From Acidimicrobiales bacterium (GTDB lineage: Bacteria > Actinomycetota > Acidimicrobiia > Acidimicrobiales > JACDCH01), in NCBI GenBank assembly GCA_051000215.1, contig JBPCON010000038.1, positions 3,797 through 67,796 of the forward strand: a stretch of 64,000 nt of DNA. The letters are read 5' to 3'. The notes below the pieces were generated by a model, which was given only the letters and a program-made list of their open reading frames with translations, was not told the origin of the DNA and searched no databases. This document shows positions 63,114-64,000 of the stretch, in pieces; the stretch's first letter is position 1, and the number at the start of each line of letters is the position of its first letter. The position numbers were made by a program, and so were the translations under genes.

Positions 63114-64000
63114 GCTGCGCCGTTTGTCAGGTGCTCCCGGTACCAAGCCACGGTCTCGGTCAATGCCTCTTCCATCGTGTACCGCGGCGTCCAGCCGAGC
63201 ATCTTGCGGGCCTTCGCGGCCGACAGGAACTGCTCGTCGATCTCATGGGTCGCGGTGGCCCTGACGTCGGGCGCCAGGTCGGTTCCGATGGCATGTTGGA
63301 GCATGGCGACCAGCTCGAGCACGTTGAGTGGGTGCTCGGTGGAGAAGTTGAACGCCTCACCGACCACCTCTGGCCGCTCCGCCATCTGCTCGACGAGCTG
63401 CAGATAGGCGAGGGCGCCGTCGACGACGTAGAGGTAATCACGGACCATCGTGCCGTCGGAGCGGATGATCGGGGGTTCTCCGCGCAGCAACGAACGGATC
63501 GTGCCGGGCACGAGGCGGTCCCAGTTGCTGTCGCCGGGGCCGAAGAAGTTGCCGCAGCGGGTGACGCTCACAGGAAGGTCGTAGGTGTGCCGGAAGCTCT
63601 GCGTGATCAGGTCAGCACACGCCTTTGACACGTCGTAGGGGTTACGGGCGAGGAGCGGCATGTCCTCGTCGTAGGGGAGCTCGGGTTGTGCGCCGTACGC
63701 CTTGTCGCTGCTCGCAGTCACGAGCTGCTCGAGCCGCGGCGACCGCTTTGCTGCCTCGAGGACGGCCCACGTGCCGGCGATGTTGGCCTCGAAGGTGGCC
63801 ACGGGGTTGCGGTTGGCGACGCCGACCTGGCTCTGGGCGGCGAGATGGAACAGGGTTCGCGACTCGTAGTCGCCGAGCAGGCGCTCGACGGCGGCCTGGT
63901 CCTCCACCGCGCCGCGCACGAGCGCGACGCGCCCGCTCCAGTGTTCGCTGATCGGTGACACCGGCACGTCGTCCCGGGCGAGCACGACGACCTCGGCGCC
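63110..64000 (-). CDS. CDP-glucose 4,6-dehydratase-like SDR (5' partial at the window edge)
   Basis: FHLAAQSQV, SSDKAYG, YDVSKAC, RCGNFFGPGD, RDYLYV. Confidence 0.75.
   Translation of the reverse strand, partial: GAEVVVLARDDVPVSPISEHWSGRVALVRGAVEDQAAVERLLGDYESRTLFHLAAQSQVGVANRNPVATFEANIAGTWAVLEAAKRSPRLEQLVTASSDKAYGAQPELPYDEDMPLLARNPYDVSKACADLITQSFRHTYDLPVSVTRCGNFFGPGDSNWDRLVPGTIRSLLRGEPPIIRSDGTMVRDYLYVVDGALAYLQLVEQMAERPEVVGEAFNFSTEHPLNVLELVAMLQHAIGTDLAPDVRATATHEIDEQFLSAAKARKMLGWTPRYTMEEALTETVAWYREHLTNGAA

Overview
High-GC window, most likely from an actinobacterium (HspR/HAIR-controlled dnaK operon, many leaderless-type promoters; Acidimicrobiia-like by my impression only). It has three parts. 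(1) 1-2455: the 3' end of a tyrosine integrase next to the 3' end of tRNA-Gly(CCC), i.e. the edge of an integrated element, followed by a dCTP deaminase split at its catalytic serine by a 341-aa Ala-initiated intein with a LAGLIDADG endonuclease and the class 3 W-C-T signature. (2) 2457-24324: core genes: FadF/EtfD-like Fe-S oxidoreductase, an orphan P-II, a cNMP-binding protein, a wHTH protein, gpmA, an enoyl-CoA hydratase, dnaK-grpE-dnaJ-hspR-clpB, and purA-D-E-B-C-S-Q-L. The pur cluster is interrupted by a coupled 31-aa ORF, an antisense methyltransferase and an antisense small basic protein. (3) 24327-64000: a roughly 40 kb surface-glycan locus that runs off the window. It combines Wzy/ligase, Wzz-like, CpsD-kinase and priming-transferase genes with a Wzm/Wzt ABC exporter, 14 GT4/GT2 genes, a GT-C enzyme, two exported glycoside hydrolases, two LbH acyltransferases, a CDP-sugar pathway and 9 methyltransferase genes (one a double-domain fusion, one apparently degenerate). 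No CRISPR, rRNA or IS element was seen. All protein calls come from motif recognition by eye; no database searches were run. Many starts were adjusted from the ORF track.
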